Below are positions 12,059-24,076 of a stretch of DNA of 64,000 bases, one piece after another. Origin of the DNA: Macrostomum lignano (lineage: Eukaryota); the NCBI GenBank assembly GCA_002269645.1, contig NIVC01000426.1, positions 372,001-436,000 on the forward strand, given 5' to 3'. Every line of letters starts with the position of its first letter. Within the stretch, counting starts at the first letter, position 1. The position numbers and the translations under genes are program-made. The notes under the pieces are model-generated. The model searched no databases, was not told where the DNA came from, and worked only from the letters and a program-made list of their open reading frames with translations.

Positions 12059-15000
12059 ATGTCTCCCTCCTACCTGATGCAGCACTGCGGCCAGCGAATT
12101 CTCGTGACAGGCCTCCGCAGCGGCGGTCGGCCACCCCAGCCGGCGCTGATTCTGCTACGAAATCTGTCTCGACGTCGGCTAACTTCGCCGAAGTCCACTT
12201 ATTCGTCAAGCAGCAGTTCCTCGACGTCAACTAGCAGCGCTGGCAGGCGGCTGATCCGCGGCGGAGTCACCTGCGCCGGGCTCGGACTGGCGACCTTCGC
12301 TGTTGGCCGGGTGTCCCTGTACGAGCGGCTCAAGGGTGAGGGGCGGAATGTCTTCACTGTCCTGTGCATTACTGACACTGTCCTGTGCATTACTGACACT
12401 GTCCCATGCATTACTGACACTGTCCTGTGCATTACTGACACTGTCCTGTGCATTACTGACACTGTCCTGTGCATTACTGACACTGTCCTATGCATTACTG
12501 ACACTTTTCCATGCATTACTGACACTGTCCCATGCATTACTGACACTGTCCTGTGCATTACTGACACTGTCCTGTGCATTACTGACACTTTTCCATGCAT
12601 TACTGACACTGTCCCATGCATTACTGTCACTGTCCCATACATTACTGACACTGTCCCATGCATTACTGACACTGTCCCATGCATTACTGTCACTGTCCTG
12701 TGCATTACTGACACTGTCCCATGCATTACTGACACTGTCCCATGCATTACTGTCACTGTCCCATGCATTACTGTCACTGTCCTGTGCATTACTGACACTG
12801 TCCCATACATTACTGACACTGTCCCATGCATTACTGACACTGTCCCATGCATTACTGTCACTGTCCCATGCATTACTGTCACTGTCCTGTGCATTACTGA
12901 CACTGTCCCATACATTACTGACACTGTCCCATGCATTACTGACACTGTCCCATGCATTACTGTCACTGTCCTGTGCATTACTGACACTGTCCTGTGCATT
13001 ACTGACACTGTCCTGTGCATTACTGACACTGTCCTGTGCATTACTGACACTGTCCTGTGCATTACTGACACTGTCCCATGCATTACTGACACTGTCCTGT
13101 GCATTACTGACACTGTCCTGTGCATTACTGTCACTGTCCCATGCATTACTGACACTGTCCTGTGCATTACTGACACTGTCCTGTGCATTACTGTCACTGT
13201 CCCATGCATTACTGACACTGTCATATGCATTACTGTCACTGTTCCAATCGATAATTTCAGGAACGGCAGGCGGTCTGATTGGTGACGGCGGCCTGGACGT
13301 CCGGCGCTGGTTGCCAAGCGATTGGCGCCACTATCCCATGCACGCCTACGCACTGATTGGAGTCAATGCAATTGTTTTCCTGCTGTGGCAGCTGCCAGCC
13401 GCTCGGCCTGTGCTGAACCGCTGGGCAATGCTGTGGCCTAGCCGGCTTGGCCCCCTGTCGCTCATTGGATCCATGTTCAGTCACCAGCACTGGCTGCACC
13501 TGCTAGTTAACATGCTTGTACTGCACAGTTTTGCACCGGCTCTGACAGCTCAGTTGGGATCTCCCGAAGAGTTCCTCTGTCTGTACGCCTGCTCGGGTGA
13601 GGCTTCTGCTGAATTTTTTATCTATATATTATCTTTTTGTTTCAGCATAATTATTAAACTTTGCACTGACTTTACAATCACTTTAAAGCAAAGCCTCCCT
13701 TCAGGTTCTTCTAACTCTTTCATGGCCTACCATCAACTCCCAATTGTTTCTTAGCATCTTAGCAATCCCCCATGAGCCTGGACATCTCAGCAATCCCCCA
13801 TGAGCCTGGACATCTCAGCAATTCCCCCATGAGCCTAGACATCTCAGCAATTCCCCCATGAGCCTGGACATCTCAGCAATCCCCCATGAGCCTGGACATC
13901 TCAGCAATTCCCCCATGAGCCTAGACATCTCAGCAATTCCCCCATGAGCCTGGACATCTCAGCAATCCCCCATGAGCCTGGACATCTCAGCAATTCCCCC
14001 ATGAGCCTGGACATCTCAGCAATCCCCCATGAGCCTGGACATCTCAGCAATTCCCCCATGAGCCTGGACATCTCAGCAATCCCCCATGAGCCTGGACATC
14101 TCAGCAATTCCCCCATGAGCCTAGACATCTCAGCAATTCCCCCATGAGCCTTGACATCTCAGCAATTCCCCCATGAGCCTAGACATCTCAGCAATTCCCC
14201 CATGAGCCTTGACATCTCAGCAATTCCCCCATGAGCCTTGACATCTCAGCAATTCCCCCATGAGCCTGGACATCTCAGCAATTCCCCCATGAGCCTTGAC
14301 ATCTCAGCAATTCCCCCATGAGCCTGGACATCTCAGCAATTCCCCCATGAGCCTTGACATCTCAGCAATTCCCCCATGAGCCTTGACATCTCAGCAATTC
14401 CCCCATGAGCCTGGACATCTCAGCAATTCCCCCATGAGCCTGGACATCTCAGCAATTCCCCCATGAGCCTGGACATCTCAGCAATTCCCCCCATGAGCCT
14501 GGACATCTCAGCAATTCCCCCATGAGCCTGGACATCTCAGCAATTCCCCCCATGAGCCTGGACATCTCAGCAATTCCCCCCATGAGCCTGGACATCTCAG
14601 CAATTCCCCCCATAAGCCTGGACATCTCAGCTATTCCGTCTCCAAGATATTTATTTATAAAATATCAATAAGCAGCTCAGTGGTAAACGCGGAACTCTCG
14701 CGCCACGACCCCTGGTTCGATTCGGTGCGTGACCACATCAATTTACCGTGAGGGTGTCATGATGTTGTGTTGTTTTGTGTACAGTATTGGCGAGCTTGAA
14801 TGTGCTCAGCAGTCAGTGGAATAGGCAGAATTGCCTCAGCTCTGCTAGGGTGTCCACAGCACTCCTGCAAATATGTATCACGAATGTATGAATGTCTGAT
14901 ATAGCAGCTGAGGAGAACGTCTGACAAAGCAGATAATACTCGTAGTAGGCTTGTGATGAAGGCGCCTCAATTTAAAAGTTGATATTTAAATGTCGGTATG

Positions 15001-15549
15001 TATGGAACCTTGGTTGTACTCGTAGTAGTTGCCATAAGAATCTAGAAGCCTCACCCGTTGGAAACGATACCGTGACAAAAATCGCTAAACAGTCGTTGAA
15101 AAAACAACTCTACTTGTTAGTAGGCGATATCAAATTTATTAGTACTATACTGTACTTAACGATTGAAGTCAATTGCCATCAATTATAATCGATGCACTCC
15201 CGCAGGCCTGTGCGCCGGCTTCATGCACGCCGCCCTAATCCCGTCGCTGCCCTGCATCGGCGCTAGCGGCTGCCTACTCGGCATCTTTGCTTACACCGCC
15301 ATCACTAATCCCGACGCTAAAGTTGGCCTGGTGCTCATCAGCAGCCTGTTCCCCGATCTGCAATTCACCGCCTACAATGCATTCCTAGCTATGGTGGCCT
15401 TTGATGTTGCCGGCCTGTGCCGCCTGTTCGACCTGGGCTTGTCGCACGCCGCTCATCTTGGCGGCTCGGCATTCGGAACCGCCTATGCTAACGGGCTGCG
15501 GCCCTGGCTGTGGCTGCGCTGGGTGATTTGGCGCTGGGCTGCTGGATGA
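12059..15549 (+). CDS. PARL: Mitochondrial rhomboid protease, PARL-like; exons 12059..12335, 13261..13596, 15206..15549
   Basis: Both introns are phase-1 GT-AG. The N-terminus is Arg/Ser-rich like a mitochondrial presequence. Rhomboid motifs are present: SMFSHQHWLHLLVNM (HxxxN), catalytic GASG and HAAHLGG. Confidence 0.88.
12354..13241 (+). repeat. 21-bp tandem repeat (CACTGTCCTGTGCATTACTGA) filling PARL intron 1
   Basis: Direct observation; the 7-aa ITDTVLC periodicity in the ORF track agrees. Confidence 0.95.
13755..14592 (+). repeat. 28/29-bp tandem repeat (CATCTCAGCAATTCCCCCATGAGCCTGGA) in PARL intron 2
   Basis: Direct observation. Confidence 0.95.
14672..14900 (+). mobile_element. Possible second tRNA-derived SINE or tRNA pseudogene head
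   Basis: GCAGCTCAGTGGTAAACGCGG (A box-like) and GGTTCGATTC (B box) at 14672..14735. No complete cloverleaf. The 3' boundary is a guess. Confidence 0.4.
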
Positions 15550-15585
15550 GACTGAAGCGGGCCGTCTCTGGGGGGAAGTGAATTG

Positions 15586-15963
15586 CTGGATATTGCTACT
15601 CTATCCGCTGCTGGATTGCTAGTCTATCCGCTGCTGGATTGCTAGTCTATCCGCTGCTGGATTGCTAGTCTATCCGCTGCTGGATTGCTAGTCTATCCGC
15701 TGCTGGATTGCTAGTCTATCCGCTGCTGGATTGCTAGTCTATCCGCTGCTGGATTGCTAGTCTATCCGCTGCTGGATTGCTAGTCTATCCGCTGCTGGAT
15801 TGCTAGTCTATCCGCTGCTGGATTGCTAGTCTATCCGCTGCTGGATTGCTAGTCTATCCGCTGCTGGATTGCTAGTCTATCCGCTGCTGGATTGCTAGTC
15901 TATCCGCTGCTGGATTGCTAGTCTATCCGCTGCTGGATTGCTAGTCTATCCGCTGCTGGATTG
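15586..15963 (+). repeat. 23-bp tandem repeat (GCTGCTGGATTGCTAGTCTATCC) just downstream of the PARL stop codon
   Basis: Direct observation; about 16 near-perfect copies. Confidence 0.95.
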
Positions 15964-16070
15964 CGTTTTGTATAGCTTTCTAATAGACATTCTCTTAGAC
16001 TTGATGATGCTTGAGCTTCGCCAGGGTTTGTGGCTTGGGCTTGGCTGGCCGCTACCCTTTCACAGTCGGT

Positions 16071-16589
16071 CCTCAGTTGCCGGGCCAGCCTCCCAGATCC
16101 TCAGTTGCCGGGCCAGCCTCCCAGATCCTCAGTTGCCGGGCCAGCCTCCCAGATCCTCAGTTGCCGGGCCAGCCTCCCAGATCCTCAGTTGCCGGGCCAG
16201 CCTCCCAGATCCACAGTTGCCGGGCCAGCCTCCCAGATCCTCAGTTGCCGGGCCAGCCTCCCAGATCCTCAGTTGCCGGGCCAGCCTCCCAGATCCTCAG
16301 TTGCCGGGCCAGCCTCCCAGATCCTCAGTTGCCGGGCCAGCCTCCCAGATCCTCAGTTGCCGGGCCAGCCTCCCAGATCCTCAGTTGCCGGGCCAGCCTC
16401 CCAGATCCTCAGTTGCCGGGCCAGCCTCCCAGATCCTCAGTTGCCGGGCCAGCCTCCCAGATCCTCAGTTGCCGGGCCAGCCTCCCAGATCCTCAGTTGT
16501 CGGGCCAGCCTCCCAGATCCTCAGTTGCCGGGCCAGCCTCCCAGATCCTCAGTTGTCGGTTCATCGCCGCCCTCCCGGATCCTCAGGCT
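16071..16589 (+). repeat. Second array of the 28-bp satellite (variant CAGTTGCCGGGCCAGCCTCCCAGATCCT), about 18 units
   Basis: Same monomer as 1476..9450 but fixed for the GCCGGG variant. Confidence 0.95.
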
Positions 16590-17189
16590 GCGAAATTTAA
16601 CCTTACATTAGTATGTAGTTCTCAACTGGGTACACGTCAAGGTCAAAGGAAGCTTTTAAACGCGAAGCTTAACTGAGCAAAGCAGTCCGGTACAGCAAAG
16701 CGTATTCCAGATCTAGCCAGAGACTGAAGTTTTTTCTCCTGCTGCATTTCCTGCATCCCCAGTCCGTTCTGCCCTAAGCTATATTTGTCTGCGAGTGCTA
16801 ATTGATTAATTACCTAGACAATAGAGTAGAGCTATCTGTGTATCCTGCTTCCCGTTCTAATTGTTCGATCTGGAACTTACCTAGCGAAGTAATTGCTTAC
16901 ACTGTCTTGTGCCCTTGTTTACCCACTTTGTATTTGTTGGTTCAACTTTGTCATAAACAAACCTGATTATGAAGTATGTTATCAATTTCTTCGAATGTGT
17001 CAATGCTTTTCCTTCCTTTTAACTTTTTTTACAACACTGTATATTGAAGTTGTTACTTAATATGCTACTGATTCAACTCAGTAATATGTACAAAGATTTA
17101 ATTTCTTTATCGATTTTCTCCTCTTTCTGCGTCACGTGACGGGCAGTTAGTAAGCAAAACTGAAGCCTCCGCCACCCCTACGCGGCCAG

Positions 17190-18606
17190 ATGGAAGAAGT
17201 GCACGAAGGCGTGCGCTACCGGCCCTACAAATCCGAGCTTGACCTGCCGGACATTGTCGGACAGATAACTAGCGAATTGTCCGAGCCCTACTCTGTGTAC
17301 ACTTATCGATATTTCATACACAATTGGCCGGAGCTCTGCTACCTGGCCTACGATGCCGACACTGGCCGCTGCGCCGGGGTCATTGTGGGAAAACTGGACC
17401 AGCACAGGATGGGGCATCTGCGCGGATACATTGCCATGCTGGCTGTGGAGCCCGCGTTCAGGCGGTGAGGCTTCACACTGACTGTTGTGCGCAATATTTA
17501 GCTTGTAGCTGTGCCCGTCACGCCAGGGAGTGGCGCCGATCGCGCCAAATAATGACGTCAGTCACACCAGATAGAAATGTCGGTCATACCTAATAGAGAT
17601 GTCGGTCACATCTAATAGAAATGTCGGTCATACCTAATAGAGATGTCGGTCACATCTAATAGAAATGTCGGTCACACGAAATAGAGATGTCGGTCACACT
17701 AAATAGAAATGTCGGTCATACCTAATAGAGATGTCGGTCACATCTAATAGAAATGTCGGTCACACCTAATAGAGATGTAGGTCACATCTAATAGAGATGT
17801 CGGTCACACGAAATAGAGATGTCGGTCACACTAAATAGAGATGTCGGTCACATCTAATAGAAATGTCGGTCACATCTAATAGAAATGTCGGTCATACCTA
17901 ATAGAGATGTAGGTCACATCTAATAGAAATGTCGGTCACACCTAAAAGAGATGTAGGTCACATCTAATAGAAATGTCGGTCATACCTAATAGAGATGTCG
18001 GTCACATGAAATGAAGCTGTCGGTCACACTAAATAGATATGTCAGTCACAAGATATAAAGATTTCAGTCACACCAAATAGAGACATGTAATAAAGACTTG
18101 AATCACACGAACTTAAGATGTCGATCACACTAAATGGAGATGTCTGTCAGATCAAATGCAGATGTTTCACCAAAAAGAATGTCGGTCACACGAAGTAGAT
18201 ATGACGATCACACTAAATAGATGTCGGTCACACCAGATAGAGACGTTAGTCACACGAAATAGTGGTGTCGATCACAACAAAAAGAGATTTCAGCCACACC
18301 AAATGGCGATATCTGTCACACCAGATAGAAGTGTCGGTCACGCGGCCTCCACTAGATGTGTGAACTGTCTGCATTCTGTCACTGGCCGCCATTCACCGCA
18401 GGCGCCGCATCGGCAGTCACCTGGTCCGCCTGGCCCTTGCCAGCCTGCAGCAGCAGGGCTGCACAGAGGTGGTGCTGGAAACCGAAGTGACAAACGGAGC
18501 GGCTCTCAACCTGTACGAGAGGCTGGGCTTCATCAGGGATAAGCGCCTAATTCGCTATTATCTCAACGGTGTTGACGCCTTTCGCCTGAAGCTTTGGCTT
18601 GCTTAG
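17190..18606 (+). CDS. NAA30: N-alpha-acetyltransferase 30 (NatC catalytic subunit, Mak3); exons 17190..17464, 18402..18606
   Basis: Phase-2 GT-AG intron. Motifs LSEPYSVYTYRYFIHNWPELC, RGYIAMLAV..FRRRRIG, EVVLETEVTN..ALNLYERLGF.RDKRL.RYYLNGVDAFRLKLWL are diagnostic of NAA30/Mak3. Confidence 0.93.
17555..18340 (+). repeat. 22-bp tandem repeat (GTCGGTCACATCTAATAGAAAT) in the NAA30 intron, degenerating toward its 3' end
   Basis: Direct observation. Confidence 0.92.
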
Positions 18607-18871
18607 TTCAATGCACTCATTATTATCTGTAGTTTCAGTAATTTGATTTTCCAACACCTGAAGTGCTTTTATTCTGTTTTGTAGCTCTTTATGTAACAAA
18701 TTTCTATATCAAATATACTTCACCGCTTTATGAACTCTCTAGCTGCGTTTTGTAACCGATGTTTGTCTTGATTAACAATCCCTATTTGTTGAATATTGCA
18801 GCCTTGTTATTTCTCTTTTGTTGAAATAACTAATTTAATAAAGTTTCACATTTTAGTTGCTATGTTATTCT

Positions 18872-19238
18872 CAAGGACTACTCAAGTAGAAGGACGGGAC
18901 ACTGCGTTTCTTAGAAAATGTTTATGAAGCTGGTTTTCGCCGAAAAACACACTACGGAGATAGGAAGTTTTCATTTTTCATCTACGTAGATTTCCTGTAC
19001 CTAAAAATCGTAAAAATGCATGGAAAATACGAGTAGAATCCTGATTTTCTGAACGAAAAGCTTTATGAATATCAACAGGGCTATAAGAAAGGCAACTGTC
19101 CTATCCTATCGAAAGCAATAACAATTTTTGTGCTGAAAAAATGATAACTTATCTCCGTAGTGTACTCTTCGGTGAAAACCAGCCTCATAACCATGTTCTA
19201 AGAAACGGAGTGTCCCGTCCTACTTAAGTAGTCCTTGG
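18872..19238. mobile_element. MITE with about 90-bp imperfect terminal inverted repeats
   Basis: Left CAAGGACTACTCAAGTAGAAGGACGGGACACTGCGTTTCTTAGAAAATG...CACTACGGAGATA is the reverse complement of right TATCTCCGTAGTG...TTCTAAGAAACGGAGTGTCCCGTCCTACTTAAGTAGTCCTTGG. No clear TSD. Confidence 0.82.
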
Positions 19239-19487
19239 TTCTGTTACTAAATGAAAACAATTCCACGCCAGAAAAATATGGGGAAACAAGCGTAAATTTT
19301 AGCTTTTCCTATCCGGATGCCTACTTATAGTAGCAGCAACAACAAGTGAAAATAAAATTTAGAAAACCGAGAAGAAAAAGACTTCTAATTCTAATTGAGT
19401 GAATTTTTATATTTTTATAATGAATCGGTTAGTTGATCTTGTCATTCAAACTACACAGAATATGTTACATAACGCATAGGTCACGCA

Positions 19488-22050
19488 CTAGGGTGGCTGC
19501 ATAGTATCGTCCTGGCTCGGCTCATCAATAGCACCCTTGTAGATGCGGTTCGGTCCAAGGACACTATCCGCGCCAGACATGGACTCAACCGCAGGAAATG
19601 GCCGACTAGACACCATCGGAGTTGATGTCGCTATTCCTCCCGAGCATTCGGCATCATCTGCTAGCCCTGTTCCGTAGGGTCGCTTGCCGATCAGTTCTTG
19701 AATGCGATCGTCCAGCGACCTCATTCGCCTTTCGATGCTCTGCTGAGAAGAGCTCGGCGATTCCGACCCACCGTCCGGTGTACCCGGCGCCCTGCTAGAC
19801 AACTCTGCGTCTGCAGTTGTTAATGAGCTGTAGCTCTCAACAAACTGATGAGGCTCGCCCAGCTGCTTAGCTCTGGCGTCCAGCAGTGCAATCTGACTAT
19901 TGATCATCTTTCTGGATGCCGCATCTAGCCAATGGCTTGCGGAGACATTGTTGCGTCTGTCCGAACAGTCTTGAGGCTCTGTGGCCAGGCCTTGGCCGCA
20001 GACGCAACAAAGGCTGTCCGAAGCCAGATCTACGGCATTTGGCCTGTTGTCCAGGCGGCCGATTCTAGCATTCAATTTGTCCAATCTGTCTAGAAGTAGT
20101 CGCACCTCGGATCTGCTGTGCTGCAGCTCTTTGGCTAAATTGGCATTGGCTTGTTGGAGTCGGCTATTCTCTGCAGTCAGTGACTTTATCTGGTCAATTA
20201 GGGACTGGATTTCTCTGTCCTTGTCCTTCAGAGATGACAACCGGTCTGCTCTACCACCGCTTTCTATTGGCGATTCACGACGCTCGGTGACTTGGGCCTG
20301 TTGGAAGTTGAGAAAGTTGGTTTATTCTTCGTCGGGTCCTCTTCCTCCTCTGTTACTGAGGTTGGTCCTCTTCTTTCTCTCTGTCACTGAGGCTGGTCCT
20401 CTCCCTCCCTTCTGTCACTGAGGTTGGTCCTCTCCCTCCCCTCTGACACTGAGGCTGGTCCTCTCCCTCCCTTCTGTCACTGAGGTTGGTCCTCTCCCTC
20501 CCCTCTGACACTGAGGCTGGTCCTCTCCCTCCCCTCTGTCACTGAGGCTGGTCCTCTCCCTCCCTTCTGTCACTGAGGTTGGTCCTCTCCCTCCCTTCTG
20601 TCACTGAGGTTGGTCCTCTTCTTTCTCTCTGTCACTGAGGCTGGTCCTCTTCTTTCCCTCTGACACTGAGGTTGGTCCTCTTCTTTCCCTCTGACACTGA
20701 GGTTGGTCCTCTTCTTTCTCTCTGTCACTGAGGCTGGTCCTCTTCTTTCTCTCTGTTACTGAGGTTGGTCCTCTTCTTTCTCTCTGTCACTGAGGCTGGT
20801 CCTCTCCCTCCCTTCTGTCACTGAGGTTGGTCCTCTTCTTTCTCTCTGTCACTGAGGCTGGTCCTCTCCCTCCCCTCTGACACTGAGGTTGGTCCTCTTC
20901 TTTCTCTCTGTCACTGAGGCTGGTCCTCTCCCTCCCTTTTGTCACTGAGGTTGGTCCTCTTCTTTCTCTCTGTCACTGAGGCTGGTCCTCTCCCTCCCTT
21001 TTGTCACTGAGGTTGGTCCTCTTCTTTCTCTCTGTCACTGAGGTTGGTCCTCTTCTTTCTCTCTGTCACTGAGGCTGGTCCTCTCCCTCCCTTCTGTCAC
21101 TGAGGTGGTCCTCTCCCTCCCCTCTGACACTGAGGTTGGTCCTCTTCTTTCTCTCTGTCACTGAGGTTGGTCCTCTTCTTTCTCTCTGTCACTGAGGCTG
21201 GTCCTCTCCCTCCCTTCTGTCACTGAGGTTGGTCCTCTCCCTCCCCTCTGACACTGAGATTGGTCCTCTTCTTTCTCTCTGTCACTGAGGCTGGTCCTCT
21301 CCCTCCCCTCTGACACTGAGATTGGTCCTCTTCTTTCTCTCTGTCACTGAGGTTGGTCCTCTTCTTTCTCTCTGTCACTGAGGCTGGTCCTCTCCCTCCC
21401 TTCTGTCACTGAGGTTGGTCCTCTCCCTCCCCTCTGACACTGAGATTGGTCCTCTTCTTTCTCTGTCACTGAGGTTGGTCCTCTTCTTTCTCTCTGTCAC
21501 TGAGGCTGGTCCTCTCCCTCCCTTCTGTCACTGAGGTTGGTCCTCTCCCTCCCCTCTGACACTGAGATTGGTCCTCTTCTTTCTCTCTGTCACTGAGGCT
21601 GGTCCTCTCCCTCCCTTTTGTCACTGAGGCTGGTCCTCTCCCTCCCTTTTGTCACTGAGGTTGGTCCTCTTCCTCCTCTGTTACTGAGGTTGGTCCTCTT
21701 CTTTCTATCTGTCACTGAGGCTGGTCCTCTCCCTCCCTTTTGTCACTGAGGCTGGTCCTCTCCCTCCCTTTTGTCACTGAGGTTGGTCCTCTTGTTTCCT
21801 TTTGTCACTGAGGTTGGTCCTCTTCCTTCCATCTGTCACTGAGGTTGGTCCTCTCCCTCCTCCCTTTCTCTGAGGTTAGTCCTCACTAAAAACGCCAAGT
21901 AGAAAACCTGACCTGCTGCCCTGAGCCAACAACAGCTTGAAGCGAAGTTTCCTCATCAGTGGGGATGATGTTGCCAGCGCCGCTGCTTCCGCTGCCTTCG
22001 TTTCCATGGGTGATGCCATCTGACCTCGTTTGCTCACCAGGATTTTCCAT
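19488..22050 (-). CDS. Uncharacterised coiled-coil protein (about 315 aa); exons 22050..21913 and 20297..19488
   Basis: ATG exon MENPGEQ...GSGQQ (46 codons) ends at CAG|GTCAGG. Acceptor TTCCAACAG|GCC is phase 0 and leads into the long ORF with heptads (EIQSLIDQIKSLTAENSRLQQANANLAKELQHSRSEVRLLLDRLDKLNARI). No family recognised. Confidence 0.7.
20335..21885 (+). repeat. 31-bp pyrimidine-rich tandem repeat (CACTGAGGTTGGTCCTCTTCTTTCTCTCTGT / CACTGAGGCTGGTCCTCTCCCTCCCTTCTGT) in the coiled-coil gene intron
   Basis: Direct observation; two interspersed monomer variants. Confidence 0.95.
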
Positions 22051-22224
22051 GAACGCAGACTGTATTGAATATAAGAATTACTCGTATTTAATTAGAGTTG
22101 TAAGTTTTGCTTCCAGTTATGATTTTATGTCAACATCAACTGTCGCTAATAGCTTTCCCGAAGTCGACCTTATTAACATGGCAACGCTAGTCTATGGCTA
22201 GGCCTACGTGTTATAATAGCCCTA

Positions 22225-22526
22225 GGTGGTTGTAGCTTAGTGGATAGAGCGTCGGACTCGCGACTTGAAGGTCGGAGGTTCGATTCCCAATCCCACTGGG
22301 ACAATTTGTGTCCTTGAGCAAGACACTTAGCTATGCATTGCTTCAGTTCACACTGCTGTAAAATGGGTGCCAGCATTAGCTGGGGTAATTGAGGCTGTGT
22401 GTGTGGCGATCCTCAGTCCTTGGACTGAACAACCATATAATAGCTGCGGCTCAGCTGTCAATTGCACATCTGGCCCAATCGGGCCAGGAGTCATTAATTA
22501 TCAATACTAATAATTATTATTATTAT
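22225..22526 (+). mobile_element. tRNA-derived CORE-type SINE, copy 2
   Basis: Colinear with 831..1144 (A/B boxes, CORE, (TAT)n tail), with a short internal deletion in the 3' part. Confidence 0.8.
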
Positions 22527-23121
22527 CATAGCCCCTGGCCTAGACGAAAAGCAAGCAACAGGCAACAGCTAAAGAGAGGATCAAGGACTTTTTTCGCATT
22601 ATTTTCTCGCATTAGTCCTTGGCTTGGATAAATGATACGCGTGAACTAGTAAATACCATCTAAATCTATATAATGACAGCAGCCATCAACAACTAGAAGA
22701 ATTCTCTCGAGACTGTCTTCTATGGGAACCCTGTCTGCCCGGCAAATGGGAACTTGTTTGGAATGGAATTTTTTAGGATCCCATCCCATCTGGCTCGGCT
22801 ATTCGGAGTACGCTGGTTTCGCGTGGGCGGCTGGTCAAGGAGACCTAGTAACAGAATCTGGGTCTTTTTTTAATTGCTTTTTTATCATACTCTAAAATGT
22901 CTAAAATATGGTTGTACTCATATTCAAAACCCCGTTGGGGAGACAAAGAAAGAGATAATTTGTTAATAGACTACATGTACTTTTTGACATTGCACAGTCA
23001 TCACTACTGTTAATTTCTTAAAGAGAATGTTTAAAGCAAAATAGCACCCAGTCCTGAAGGCCAGTTGACTGACCTAAGATATCAGATCTTTCCTTTGGCT
23101 TTGAGCTTTGGCTCAAAGCAA

Positions 23122-23582
23122 ACCCCATGAGCCACAGAATTTAGCGATTTCCCCCATGAGCTAAAGCATTTTAGCGATTACCCCCATGAGCCTCAGCATT
23201 TTAGCGATTCCCCTATGAGCCACAGCATTTTAGCGATTCCCCCATGAGCTAAAGCATTTTAGCGATTTCCCCCATGAGCTAAAGCATTTTAGCGATTTCC
23301 CCCATGAGCCACAGCATTTTAGCGATTTCCCCCATGAGCCTCAGCATTTTAGCGATTCCCCTATGAGCCACAGCATTTTAGCGATTCCCCCATGAGCTAA
23401 AGCATTTTAGCGATTTCCCCCATGAGCTAAAGCATTTTAGCGATTTCCCCCATGAGCTACAGCATTTTAGCGATTCCCCCCATGAGCCACAGCATTTTAG
23501 CGATTACCCCATGAGCCACAGCATTTTAGCGATTCCCCCATGAGCCACAGCATTTTAGCGATTCCCCCATGAGCCACAGCAT
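23122..23582 (+). repeat. 28/29-bp tandem repeat (GAGCCACAGCATTTTAGCGATTCCCCCAT)
   Basis: Direct observation; related to the 13755..14592 monomer. Confidence 0.93.
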
Positions 23583-24076
23583 GAGTCAGCCTATACAGTT
23601 ACATGGGAGGTTTAGGCAAGAGTTGGCACTCCAGACTCCTGGCTCTGGGTCTCCTTGGCCCAAGCAGTAAGTCTGGGATGTCAGTTTAATTGCATTGATG
23701 CGGGCAGGCGGGGGCCGCAGCTGAATTAGAACTGAAAGACAGCGGGATGAGAGAGAAAAACGCAATACGAGGCTTTTCCTGCTAACAGCCTCTGTCTCCC
23801 CTTTCTCCCTCTCCCCTCCCCAGCTCACTCCTAATCCTCGCCTCAATGACAGGCCAGCTGCAATCGGAGGCGCGATGCTCGGTCGGATTTGTCGGCAGCA
23901 GGGCTAGGCGAATGGGAGGAGCTCGGCAGTGTCTGTACTTTGGATTTAATGAAACAGAGCAGCGCAGACTTGGGTAGAGGGGAACACCCCAGAGGAGTCT
24001 CTCTGATCTTGTCCGCAGTGTCTATCTCTGTCCTAAAAGGCTTGGGATTCTGCAGCGACTTAAATATTATTTAGCC

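Noticed and set aside
16617-17036. Possible solo LTR (TGTAGT...ACAACA, internal ATAAAC)
   Set aside because: No matching 4-6-bp TSD and no second copy in the window.
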